From positions 64,001 to 128,000 of the IMG/VR virus record IMGVR_UViG_3300028805_000037: a stretch of DNA of 64,000 bases. One strand, written 5' to 3'. Both the position numbers and the translations under genes were made by a program. Each line of letters starts with the position of its first letter. The first letter of the stretch is position 1. Below are positions 19,902 through 29,291 of this stretch, one piece after another. This stretch comes from a virus (lineage: Duplodnaviria > Caudoviricetes). Under the pieces are notes generated by a model. It made no database searches, was not told the DNA's origin, and saw nothing but the letters and a program-made list of their open reading frames with translations.

Positions 19902-19990
19902 CTCTATACTCCTATAGATTAACTCAATTTTTATATTTACGGCAGGGTAGTGAGTTGCTACCTTTTCGGTTGATCTGACCTAGCCGTATT
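19902..19990 (-). ncRNA. Structured RNA leader, copy 2
   Basis: UACGGC-UA-GGU[7]ACC-GAAAA-GGUAG[CAACUCA]CUACC-CU-GCCGUA...UGAGUUA-A-UCUAUA[GGAG]UAUAGA-G-AUG. Confidence 0.8.
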
Positions 19991-20001
19991 TATTTTTAAT
20001 A

Positions 20002-22056
20002 TTAAGCGTTTTGGAAAGTTACTCCGAATGTTACTAAAATGTAGTTAACATCAGGTGTTGGATATATTCTAAATGATACATTAATTTGATTTGGATAATT
20101 TTGATCTTGCGCAATTACTAAGTTCGTATACGAATAAATATCGTTGTTTGCTAGGAAACTTGAAAGTATAGTATTAACTGTAGCTGTCATTTCTGATATT
20201 GTAGCTGCTCCAACAAATCTTGTATTTATATATGCTTTATCTAAAGCAAGTCTTAATGTATTTGATATAACGTCTTTTATTTTTGTAATCTTAATTTCAG
20301 ATTTTACATAATCACCTGTAGATGTTGAGAGTGCATGTCTTATTTTTGCTACTGATGTTCCTTCTGCGCCTTCAAGAACTAAACATCCATAAGATGCTAA
20401 TACATTCTTTTCTTCTCTTGTATACCTATCATTTACAGTAACATTCGATAATGTTTTACCTGTTATAGGTTCACCACAAGTAAAGTTATTATTACAGATA
20501 ATACCAGCAATAGCTGCTGCAGCATACATACCATTAGCAACTGCTACTGTTCCTGTATCTAACGTAACCGATACTTGACCTGGTGTTACATAAACAACTC
20601 TTGCAGAATTTGCAGACGCAGCATCTTTTTTATAAGTTTCAATTGCGGTATCATAATCTTCCGTTTCAATTAAAGCGTTATTTGAAACAATCGCAATTCT
20701 TTCTTTTCTTTCAAGAGTTGAACTCATATTCTCAACATGTGTTTTGCACATACTTATAATCTGAGCCATCGTTATACTGTTATCAGGATCGTTCTCAATT
20801 TCAAACGGTGATATCATAGGCAATATACAATATGCATTTATTTTAGTAGCTTGTCTAAGAGCAGTAGATAATCCAGCTGCATCTATAAGTCCAGTTGTTT
20901 CATTAACTTCAGGCTGAATACAATAGAAAACTCTTGCACCATTATCATAAGCAACTTGTGCACCTGCAGAAATTGTATTCTCAGCAGAAGGCTCACCATA
21001 AACAGAATAAATACTTGAGAGTCTTGTATAAGATTTTGGTTCTCTATCTGCAGTATTTTTTGCTACTGTATAACTAACTGTGATTTTATACTTCCCATCT
21101 GGACCTTCAACTGGCATATCCCCATCTGGAGCTTTCCATAATAATACAGAATTTTCTACTGCAAAAAAATCTTTCTCTGAATTATCATAAACTCTACTAC
21201 TTATTGCATCTACAGCTTCAGAAGGTGCTACTACAATTTCTGGTTGCAATTGTGCAGAATAATAAGTAGCATTAGGATCTACAATTTTCCAATTCGTATT
21301 TAAATAATTTATATTTGCTTCACTAGGTGAAGTATGATCTTTTATACATTCATAAAATAAAGCATTTAAATATATAAAATCTCCAACAACATAATCTGTT
21401 TCAGGAGTCCATACTTTATAATGTATCGTTGTTTCTTCTGTATCAGTACTTATCCAATAATCAAATATAGCTTCATCTACTCCGTCTTCTAAAACACTAG
21501 CATTTTCATCTAACCATGGAGTTACTAAACTACTTACTGCTACATCTTCTGTAATCTCAGAAGCGTTAGCTTCTAACCAATCAGCAACAGGTTCGGTAAC
21601 TGTACCTGCAGTTGTAACACTATAATATTTATCATTATAAAATAATATATCACCTACTTCACAAGTAGTTCCATCTTCAGGATCTATTGCTGCTGGGATA
21701 GTTCCTTCTGAATTAACAATATAATAACTTTCTCCAAAACTTATTACTTGTGATTGACTATAAAACTCTCCTGGTATAGCTTGTGCAGCTTCAGGTGTAC
21801 TCGTTGTTGTAACTTTATAATAAGTATCATTGTAATAAACTATAGAACCTGCTTCATATTCTGTACCAATTACAGGTACAGTAGGTCTTTCAATTGGAGG
21901 TAATAACTCCAATAGTTCATTACTTATTGATTTTGTTTCTTTACCTTTACCGATAATACATACAGATAATAAACCTGTATTAACGTCTGTAGATATATCG
22001 TCATTGATTACGACATATGTACCTGGCTCTGTGTAATTATTTGTAAATGATGGCAT
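20002..22056 (-). CDS. Tail sheath protein with inserted CBM5/12-like repeats
   Basis: N-terminal YTEPGTYV; C-terminal ERIAIV, AAAAIAG, IRHALST, I.VSFRIYP...VNYI.VTF sheath motifs; four Y..GD.(I/V).Y....Y-like repeats. Confidence 0.9.
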   Translation of the reverse strand: MPSFTNNYTEPGTYVVINDDISTDVNTGLLSVCIIGKGKETKSISNELLELLPPIERPTVPVIGTEYEAGSIVYYNDTYYKVTTTSTPEAAQAIPGEFYSQSQVISFGESYYIVNSEGTIPAAIDPEDGTTCEVGDILFYNDKYYSVTTAGTVTEPVADWLEANASEITEDVAVSSLVTPWLDENASVLEDGVDEAIFDYWISTDTEETTIHYKVWTPETDYVVGDFIYLNALFYECIKDHTSPSEANINYLNTNWKIVDPNATYYSAQLQPEIVVAPSEAVDAISSRVYDNSEKDFFAVENSVLLWKAPDGDMPVEGPDGKYKITVSYTVAKNTADREPKSYTRLSSIYSVYGEPSAENTISAGAQVAYDNGARVFYCIQPEVNETTGLIDAAGLSTALRQATKINAYCILPMISPFEIENDPDNSITMAQIISMCKTHVENMSSTLERKERIAIVSNNALIETEDYDTAIETYKKDAASANSARVVYVTPGQVSVTLDTGTVAVANGMYAAAAIAGIICNNNFTCGEPITGKTLSNVTVNDRYTREEKNVLASYGCLVLEGAEGTSVAKIRHALSTSTGDYVKSEIKITKIKDVISNTLRLALDKAYINTRFVGAATISEMTATVNTILSSFLANNDIYSYTNLVIAQDQNYPNQINVSFRIYPTPDVNYILVTFGVTFQNA

Positions 22057-22071
22057 TTATATATCCTCCAA

Positions 22072-22278
22072 TTAATAAATTTTTATTATTCTAATTAATT
22101 TTTTTCCTGCATATTCTTTAACTTGCTTTGTATAAGCTACAACCTTGATCTCATTTGTTTTCAAATTAAAGTCTTTATAACATAAATCTCCAAACGTAAT
22201 ATTTTGTATTAACGCTTGTTTAACAGTAGGTTGTATTGTAGAAACAGACTCAACCACTTTACTTTTCCTTCTAACCAT
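22072..22278 (-). CDS. Small hypothetical protein (start MVRRK)
   Basis: GGAGG SD upstream of ATG at 22278. Confidence 0.6.
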   Translation of the reverse strand: MVRRKSKVVESVSTIQPTVKQALIQNITFGDLCYKDFNLKTNEIKVVAYTKQVKEYAGKKLIRIIKIY

Positions 22279-23533
22279 TACTCTCCTCCGTATAAAAATT
22301 GCCAAAATTAAAATATTTATTTACCAATTTTAAACTGCATTCTTTTCGTTTATTGTTTTCCTTCACTACAACATACTTTAAATGACTCATTGTTATTGCA
22401 TTGTATCTCTTATTATTTATTACTACTAAATCTTTTGGTTGTATTTTATATCTTTGCTTTCTAATACCTGGCTTAAAACCTCTCCTGTTACACTGTAAAG
22501 ATCTATTGTTTCTATGTTTTTGTTTTAATTCTATAGGTTTCACTCTGTTTTGAACACTACCACCTGCTATACAAAAAGCATCGTTATAATGTGTTTTCTT
22601 TAACCCTAATTCTAGTCTTTGCTGCTTCGTTATATATCCAAATGTTTCGTACATATCAGGTATATCTTTTTGAAATCTTTTATGTATAATTGACATAAAT
22701 GTATTTGATTTATACTCTTTACTACTTTTTCTGATACTAAATTTATTTTTATGTAAATCTTTATGACATTTACTGCATAAAGTTATTAGATTGTCTGGTC
22801 TATCAGTACCACCCTGACTTCTAAATTTTATGTGATGAACTTCTAATCTTGTGTTTTGTTTACCGCAATGCTGACAAGTTCTTTTATCTCTTGTTAATAC
22901 ATATTGTTTTACATTCTCAAACTCCAATTGTTTTCCTTGTTGATATTCTTTACCTTTAATATTAAGATTTTGTATTTTTTGTATATCAAAATTTGCTGTT
23001 TCTATTATCACATTATTGGTAGGAAGTATTAATTTAATTCGTTTTATAAGCTCTAAATGTGTTTGATAACGTCTCTCTATAGAAGGTGGTAACCAACCAA
23101 CATGTCTTTTCCTATTATTAAATCTAGATTCTCTATACCAATGATGCCTACATCTTCTTCCTTTTCTATACAACTTTCTCTCTAATAATCTCATTTTAGT
23201 TTTATTATCCAAAACCAAAGTACCACTTATTAGCTCTTTCTTACTACTTACCGCACTAAACCCAATGTTCTCATAACCGCTATCAATACCTAGTGTAACT
23301 TCTTGTTTACAGTCTCTCGTTTGAACCAACATCTGAATAACAAAGAAAGGATATGTTTTAACTATTCTTGCTAAACCTTTCTTTATCAATCGTTTAGCTT
23401 TACAAGGTGTTGTTGGCATTAAAGGTTGCCCTTTTACATTGAGGACGAAAACATAAGTTTTCCTCTCAATCCTGTTAGGCTCAGGTAGATTCACATCGGA
23501 GTTGTTACAAGTCAGAGTATCTCTTCTACACAC
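22271..23533 (-). CDS. iscB: IscB RNA-guided endonuclease (PLMP, split RuvC, HNH); start codon uncertain
   Basis: GQPLMPT; RuvC-I LGIDSG; Arg-rich bridge helix; RuvC-II IIETANFD; HNH CQHCG..LEVHHI....GGTD...NL.TLC..CH; RuvC-III HYNDAFCI. Confidence 0.95.
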   Translation of the reverse strand: MCRRDTLTCNNSDVNLPEPNRIERKTYVFVLNVKGQPLMPTTPCKAKRLIKKGLARIVKTYPFFVIQMLVQTRDCKQEVTLGIDSGYENIGFSAVSSKKELISGTLVLDNKTKMRLLERKLYRKGRRCRHHWYRESRFNNRKRHVGWLPPSIERRYQTHLELIKRIKLILPTNNVIIETANFDIQKIQNLNIKGKEYQQGKQLEFENVKQYVLTRDKRTCQHCGKQNTRLEVHHIKFRSQGGTDRPDNLITLCSKCHKDLHKNKFSIRKSSKEYKSNTFMSIIHKRFQKDIPDMYETFGYITKQQRLELGLKKTHYNDAFCIAGGSVQNRVKPIELKQKHRNNRSLQCNRRGFKPGIRKQRYKIQPKDLVVINNKRYNAITMSHLKYVVVKENNKRKECSLKLVNKYFNFGNFYTEESNG

Positions 23534-23714
23534 TGTGCCTTTAGGCTCGTTTTAATGTAGAAGTTATAAAGCTACGAACTTGTGAAGCATCCGTAGGTAT
23601 GTTCTTTTTCTTTCCTTGTAACTGCTGTTTTAACATTACTGTTATAACCTCCTAATCAGCTCTTTCGTTGTAATTCTCATTACAAACCGATAACTTTAAT
23701 TATCGGTAGCTGAC
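22290..23714 (-). mobile_element. Non-autonomous IS200/IS605-family IscB (OMEGA) element; right end approximate
   Basis: omegaRNA + iscB with no tnpA; left end overlaps the last codons of the upstream gene. Confidence 0.75.
23460..23714 (-). ncRNA. omegaRNA / HEARO-type RNA of IscB
   Basis: 5' GTCAGCTACC...AGCTGATTAG closing stem, internal hairpin ACCGATAAT/GTTATCGGT, HEARO-like ACCTACGGATGCTTCACAAGT and CCGATGTGAA segments. Confidence 0.85.
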
Positions 23715-24760
23715 ACGTCCAGTTCAACTGGAATATTTTTAATTAATGCATAGATTGATTTATCAATATAAAAAGAATAATTTGTGACACAAGGAACAGT
23801 TACTGTATTTTTATAAATAACTTTATTATCAAACATTTCTTGTGACTCACCTGAAACATTTTCACCTGAATATGTAAAGTATTTTATTAATTCAGGTTTT
23901 ACTACATGTCGAATATACAAAACAAGTAAGTCTGTAATCCTTTCTCTATCTTGACTACTTCTTGCAAATACTTCAAATTTAATTTCAACATTTAGAGGTG
24001 CTTGAACAAAATCACCTGTATAAATACAATCACTTCTATTTGCTATATATGATACAAAATAATTATTAGGTTCTTCTATATTCCAAACTAAAGTTCTATC
24101 ATTAGGTGTTATATATACTTCTTGCTTATTAAAGTATTGTTTTATAAACTTTGTATTATCATTAGGGTCAACTATATAATTATAAACTTCAGTTAAACCA
24201 CTTGAAGTTGCATTAAACTCTAATTGTGTAGGTGTATCACCTTTTATTTTATATTCTGATATTATAGGTGTTGTTGGTGTACCATCATCAAACGTTGTAT
24301 AAGTGGCATAATATAAATCTGGTTTTACACCTTCATTCCAAGTAAAAATACCTGTTGTATAATTAAACTCAAACTCAGAACCAACATTATAATTTATAAC
24401 TTGATAAGATACTTCACCGTTTTCATATATAGGATTTAAAGTATAAACATTTTCTAAACTACCATTTAATATTTTATATCTAACTTTATCATTTTGTATA
24501 CATTCATTATATACTTTATTAACCTGCTTAACAACTTCTTGCCCTAAGTATCTCAGACTCGCATCACCATTACCTGCAGAAATGGTTATCATAGGAACAT
24601 TATAAACTCTATTAGGAGTTTCTTTATATATCCTTATTTTACTCTTTCTTTCATCTGAATTATATCTATATTCTTTAGGAGTAATATCTGCACTAAAAAT
24701 AACTCTTAAATACTTTTCCCAAAGAGCTTTAATAGTATTTGTATATCTAATAACTGCCAT
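23696..24760 (-). CDS. Putative tail terminator / tail completion protein
   Basis: Y.Y.SD...SKI.I....P.....P.ITI and FEVFARS..DRERITD motifs; upstream of the sheath. Confidence 0.65.
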   Translation of the reverse strand: MAVIRYTNTIKALWEKYLRVIFSADITPKEYRYNSDERKSKIRIYKETPNRVYNVPMITISAGNGDASLRYLGQEVVKQVNKVYNECIQNDKVRYKILNGSLENVYTLNPIYENGEVSYQVINYNVGSEFEFNYTTGIFTWNEGVKPDLYYATYTTFDDGTPTTPIISEYKIKGDTPTQLEFNATSSGLTEVYNYIVDPNDNTKFIKQYFNKQEVYITPNDRTLVWNIEEPNNYFVSYIANRSDCIYTGDFVQAPLNVEIKFEVFARSSQDRERITDLLVLYIRHVVKPELIKYFTYSGENVSGESQEMFDNKVIYKNTVTVPCVTNYSFYIDKSIYALIKNIPVELDVSATDN

Positions 24761-24762
24761 AA

Positions 24763-26499
24763 TTACTCCTTCATTTTAGCAGCGATTTGTTGTATAAAAT
24801 CTAAAGGTTGCTCCTCAATAACTTCAGGTGAATCTGACACCATAACAACCATTATTCCATCACCTGATAAGTCTTGTATTTTATCTTCTATCGTTTTAAC
24901 TTTATCATGACATTTACAATTTCCACCACAAGAACCATCACAGACATGGTCTGAATCTTCTGGTTGTGGACTTACTGTTTTTAAATCCATATTCTCTGGT
25001 TCCATTAAAGGTTTAACCGCAACATTTTCATCTGGAAATAAAGATTCCATGTTTTCTAAATGTGTATAATAATCAGGAGCTTCTGTTAAATGGTCTCTAG
25101 CAATTTCCTTTGCAATTTCTAAATTATCTGTATGCTCCTGTTCAACAATAGAACCTGCTTGTTCTTGAGTTTTTAGTACATCTAACATTTGTTCATAAGG
25201 AATATTGTATAATGGTGCCCATTTTTTTGCAATGTCTTCGATATTCATACCATCTGCTGCACCATCTTCAAGTAAATCACCTTTAGATATCTTCTCTACT
25301 GCATTTTCAACATCATTAAATATCTGTTTCTTTGCTTCAGGATTCTGTATCTCACTCAAATTTTCAGGATGTTTTATTGAATCTCCATACATTAAATCCT
25401 GAATTTCATCTGTGCTTACTTTTATTACTTGAGGTAAGACTTCTGGATTATTATTTGCTTTTACTTTATAAGCTAATATGTTTTTAATATAATATCTTGT
25501 ATATGCTTTTGACAATCTAAACATTTTTTTACCTCTTAAATTACTTTCTTTTTTGTTTGCAAATTTAGATTTTAAAGTTTTTAAAAACTTTGCAAATTTT
25601 TCACCATCATTTGAATTTGCAATATTTATATAATAATTTAAATCTATTTTATCTAACAAAGTTTTTAACTCTTCTTTATTCTCTACATTAGCTAAATACG
25701 TATCAACTGTTATTTCAGAAACATCAGGTAAAGTTAAAACACCGTTACCATAGTCATTCAAATCATTAAATAAGTCAATAAAATCTTTATTATCTATAGT
25801 ATTAAAGTTTAAACCAAATACATTATCTCTTTCAGTTTTTTTAATCTTTTTAGAATCACTTGTCCCAATTTGAGAGTGTTTAACATCTGTTAAAAAACCT
25901 TCTGCTAAATTTTTTACATTTATATTCTTATATTGTTCTTCTAATTTTCCATGCTTTTGTAATGCTATAAAAAAATCTTTAATTAAGTCTGTATTTTCTT
26001 TACGTGCTTCTAAAGAACCGTATGTAGCAACAAACTGTTCAACTAATTTTTGATCTATATCCCCTGTAATATACATATAAGCAGGAATTAAATTTACATT
26101 CTTTTCCTCTAATAATTCCTTTAACGCTGTAATAAAAGTCTGATTTTTTGTAGTATCATTACCTAATACTTTATCTATGTAATATAATGCAAAATTAATA
26201 TCTGACAAATAAGGTTCAGCAAAACGTGAATTAAACAGAATAACACTATCATGTTTATCTGGATTTTTGCCTAAATACTGTAAAGTTGCTGTACTATTAC
26301 GAAATAAATATTCCATTAAATTAACATTAGGTTTTTTATTACCATCTATAATATCCTTAATGTCTTGTGTTATATTATTACCATCACCATCTATTATACT
26401 AAAATCTGCATTTTCTACTACATCTTCATACTTCATATATTGTGCAAGATTTGCTGTAATTTTTTTTATAAATTCATTATACATATTTATTATCCCCAA
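24763..26499 (-). CDS. Hypothetical protein with DUF5661-like domain (likely start MYNEF)
   Basis: G..VEQEHTD...IAKEIARDHLTE.PDYY..L motif; Cys-rich CDGSCGGNCKCH near the C-terminus. Confidence 0.7.
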   Translation of the reverse strand: MGIINMYNEFIKKITANLAQYMKYEDVVENADFSIIDGDGNNITQDIKDIIDGNKKPNVNLMEYLFRNSTATLQYLGKNPDKHDSVILFNSRFAEPYLSDINFALYYIDKVLGNDTTKNQTFITALKELLEEKNVNLIPAYMYITGDIDQKLVEQFVATYGSLEARKENTDLIKDFFIALQKHGKLEEQYKNINVKNLAEGFLTDVKHSQIGTSDSKKIKKTERDNVFGLNFNTIDNKDFIDLFNDLNDYGNGVLTLPDVSEITVDTYLANVENKEELKTLLDKIDLNYYINIANSNDGEKFAKFLKTLKSKFANKKESNLRGKKMFRLSKAYTRYYIKNILAYKVKANNNPEVLPQVIKVSTDEIQDLMYGDSIKHPENLSEIQNPEAKKQIFNDVENAVEKISKGDLLEDGAADGMNIEDIAKKWAPLYNIPYEQMLDVLKTQEQAGSIVEQEHTDNLEIAKEIARDHLTEAPDYYTHLENMESLFPDENVAVKPLMEPENMDLKTVSPQPEDSDHVCDGSCGGNCKCHDKVKTIEDKIQDLSGDGIMVVMVSDSPEVIEEQPLDFIQQIAAKMKE

Positions 26500-27671
26500 A
26501 TTGTATCAACTGGTTTTTCTTTTGCTTCATAATAAGACTCAAAAGCATTTTCTATAGACTCATCTGTAACATGGTAAACAATTTCACTTCTTTGACATAA
26601 TGCATTATTAAACTGCTGATCCATAATATAACTTTTAAATAATGTTCTGGAAACATCTTGTATATAAAATCTATCGCCTGTGGAACATTGAACAAGTAAA
26701 TCATGTGCTCTTAATAACGGAGTCCATAAAGTCCAAGATTGTAACTGCTGTGTCGTTTGTATACCCTGAGGAGTATGTTTTATTACTCTTGCTGGATTTG
26801 AATTATATCTAGCCATTATTTTTATCTTCTTATAATAACCACCAACAAAACCTGTTCCAAAACAAATATTACAATTTGTATGTGTATTATAATCTAAATC
26901 TGGTTTATCCTCATCTATAGAACCTCTATGGTCACAACGAGGACAAGCTATACCTTCCCAACGTCTTAAATATAAATCCCACATTTCACCATCAGATTGT
27001 AAAATAGCCATCTTATCTGCACGATTTTTTTGTACTGCAAAATCAAGATAATCTGTATCTATTATATTCCCAGTACCGTTTGTAGGATAATTTATAGGAG
27101 CTATTATCTGTTGGTTCTTTGGTATTGTCCAATCTCTCTCAGAATTATAAACATGTGCTCCTTTAGTTGAAACTAATCCACCTAAACCATTTTGACAAGG
27201 AAATCCTTGTACCCAAAAACTCCATTGTATTTCTGTACTTGCAAATGGGACCGGAACATTAAACTCTACTTTCATTTTATTATTATCTATTTCTTCTGCT
27301 ACAAAATCATTTGTTGATAATAATAACTGTGGCAATATTGGTGAAGGGCTCCCCCAAAGTTCGTATTTCTTTGCAAAACCTTCAACAGTTTTTACTTTAG
27401 GAAACTCTATAACATATGTATATTGTGTACCTTCTTTATGATAAACCTTAAGTAAACTAATACCTGAGTAATTAATGTCTGAAGGAGTTGTTATTTCTGT
27501 ATCACCTTCTGTAAGGATTTGTCCAGTACCATTTGTTGAACCATCTGGGTTTAACCCTGAACCATCTGTTTGTACACTATTCATCCAGCAAGGTCCTGAT
27601 TGGTTGCAATTACACTTATTTGGATCTGTACTTGGATTTAATGTTAATAACTCCTGTATATTTATAGGCAT
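26490..27671 (-). CDS. Neck / head-completion protein (start revised to MPINIQ)
   Basis: GE...LYLRR..G..CP.C...C..CFGTGFVGGY, SWTLWTP.L...DLLV; the ORF-track extension overlaps the conserved upstream element. Confidence 0.7.
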   Translation of the reverse strand: MPINIQELLTLNPSTDPNKCNCNQSGPCWMNSVQTDGSGLNPDGSTNGTGQILTEGDTEITTPSDINYSGISLLKVYHKEGTQYTYVIEFPKVKTVEGFAKKYELWGSPSPILPQLLLSTNDFVAEEIDNNKMKVEFNVPVPFASTEIQWSFWVQGFPCQNGLGGLVSTKGAHVYNSERDWTIPKNQQIIAPINYPTNGTGNIIDTDYLDFAVQKNRADKMAILQSDGEMWDLYLRRWEGIACPRCDHRGSIDEDKPDLDYNTHTNCNICFGTGFVGGYYKKIKIMARYNSNPARVIKHTPQGIQTTQQLQSWTLWTPLLRAHDLLVQCSTGDRFYIQDVSRTLFKSYIMDQQFNNALCQRSEIVYHVTDESIENAFESYYEAKEKPVDTIWG

Positions 27672-27701
27672 ACTATCACCACTATTTAAATTTAGAATAA
27701 T

Positions 27702-27720
27702 TATGATAAAATTGTCAAGG
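27702..27720 (-). promoter_or_regulatory. Conserved upstream element, copy 3 (CCTTGACA-ATTT-TATCATA)
   Basis: Exact consensus. Confidence 0.75.
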
Positions 27721-28119
27721 GACAATATTAAACTTCTTTTTAATAATAGCTGTGCACTTATTTGCTATTTGTGTGCACAGCTTTTCTTCTTGAATATCAG
27801 CTTCATCTTGGTTGTTTAATTGTTCCACGTCTTTACCTTTTTCAAAAGTAATATCTACTTTCTTACAGTCCTCTGTAACCTTAAAGAATTTACTATAATT
27901 ACCTTCATTTAAAACTATATCTACTATAAAATGAGTAAACTCATGATAAAAAGTATTAATTAAATCAAGCTGGTCAGTATGATTAATATCTATATAAAGG
28001 TCTGTTACATTCTTTCTTTTGCGTAATCTATAGTATAATCCATAAGCATTCTGTTTATCTACTAAATCTGAAACGAAGTGTATTTTTAAATTTAATACCT
28101 TTTCTTTAGATTTTCGCAT
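27715..28119 (-). CDS. Small HExxH zinc metallopeptidase-like protein
   Basis: TFYHEFTH plus downstream EE.LC. Confidence 0.6.
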   Translation of the reverse strand: MRKSKEKVLNLKIHFVSDLVDKQNAYGLYYRLRKRKNVTDLYIDINHTDQLDLINTFYHEFTHFIVDIVLNEGNYSKFFKVTEDCKKVDITFEKGKDVEQLNNQDEADIQEEKLCTQIANKCTAIIKKKFNIVP

Positions 28120-28129
28120 TTAATTTACC

Positions 28130-29269
28130 TTAAAAAAGATTATCTATATTATCTATATTATTATTTACACTTTCCACATCTTTAAAATTTTCTGATAACT
28201 GCCCTTTAATTGAAGCATAAATCTTTACTACATCACCATCATATCCTAATTTAGCAGAAATCTTAATAGAATCTAAATCTTTTTCATATTCAGGAAAAAT
28301 ATCATTCGAAGCTAATTTCATAACGTCATAAGATTTAGCTATACCGTTCTCATCAAGAACAATAGAACTCGGTTCAACATCAAAACCAATCTTATTTAAC
28401 TGTGCTTTTATTTCTGATAAATAAACGAGCTTTCTTTCTTCTGATAATTGTGCCATTTTCTTTAAAACTTTTTCAGCGTCAACTTTAATTAATGTATCTT
28501 CTACAGAAGCTTTCTTTTTAAAGAACTCATTAATAGGTTTAACAAATTTCTTTTTTAATTTTTCTTGAACTTCTTTTATTTTGCACCAAATACTAGCATC
28601 AGAATCCTTTTCAATTTCTTCCTTAGTAACAACTGTTTTTTTACAAGGACACTCTGCTTCTTCTTGATTTTTCCAAGTAACTTCAAATGCGTTAGATGCT
28701 ACTATATTTGAAATAACACCTTTTGTTCCTGTAACTTTATGCTGAACATACAAAGCTTTATTTTCTGCAGTAATACCTTCTGGTGCAGGTCCTAATACAT
28801 CTTCAAACTTGGCTTCTTTTAACAACTTATTAAGAAGTTTTTTAATTTGATTAACTGCATCTAATTTATCTTTAGAAAATTTTGCTTCTCTTTTTATAGC
28901 TTCTTTTTCTTCAGAAGCAATTCTCTGCATTTCAGACTCATAAATACAGGAACTTTCTTTCTTTTCTAAATTTACTTTAAAATAATCACAAGCATGAATA
29001 CCATCTTTTATACAAGCACATCTTTCTGCTAGAATATCTGTATCTGTTATAGGACACTTAAAAGCTTCTATATCAAGTACACTGGTAGGTTGAACTTGTG
29101 CAGTAATATCAAAACCATATTCAACATGCCCATCTGCAAATTGGATATCAGCAATACCATCGTAAGGATATACAGAAATAACTTGTCCTTTTCCGTATAA
29201 CTCATGATTAATTTCTGTTCCAGCTTTTACATCATAAACAGCAACTTTCTTAATATATCTGTTTGACAT
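28130..29269 (-). CDS. Hypothetical (putative head-internal) protein with SH3-like N-terminus
   Basis: H..YG.G.V motif; repeated K/R-x-A/S motifs. Confidence 0.55.
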   Translation of the reverse strand: MSNRYIKKVAVYDVKAGTEINHELYGKGQVISVYPYDGIADIQFADGHVEYGFDITAQVQPTSVLDIEAFKCPITDTDILAERCACIKDGIHACDYFKVNLEKKESSCIYESEMQRIASEEKEAIKREAKFSKDKLDAVNQIKKLLNKLLKEAKFEDVLGPAPEGITAENKALYVQHKVTGTKGVISNIVASNAFEVTWKNQEEAECPCKKTVVTKEEIEKDSDASIWCKIKEVQEKLKKKFVKPINEFFKKKASVEDTLIKVDAEKVLKKMAQLSEERKLVYLSEIKAQLNKIGFDVEPSSIVLDENGIAKSYDVMKLASNDIFPEYEKDLDSIKISAKLGYDGDVVKIYASIKGQLSENFKDVESVNNNIDNIDNLF

Positions 29270-29291
29270 CTACTCCTCCTAGTAAATCTTA

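Noticed and set aside
16656-19990. Group I introns around nuclease copies A and B
   Set aside because: Flanking sheath and tube genes are complete with their own starts and stops; non-coding flanks are too short for an intron core.
17901-19990. RNA leader as hammerhead ribozyme, tRNA, terminator or guide RNA
   Set aside because: No CUGAnGA hammerhead core and no tRNA T-loop/CCA; a multi-stem junction rather than a single terminator hairpin; the main loop is invariant between copies, unlike a variable guide.
2479-22056. Tailocin / extracellular contractile injection system
   Set aside because: Terminase, portal, protease and capsid genes are present, so this is a phage.
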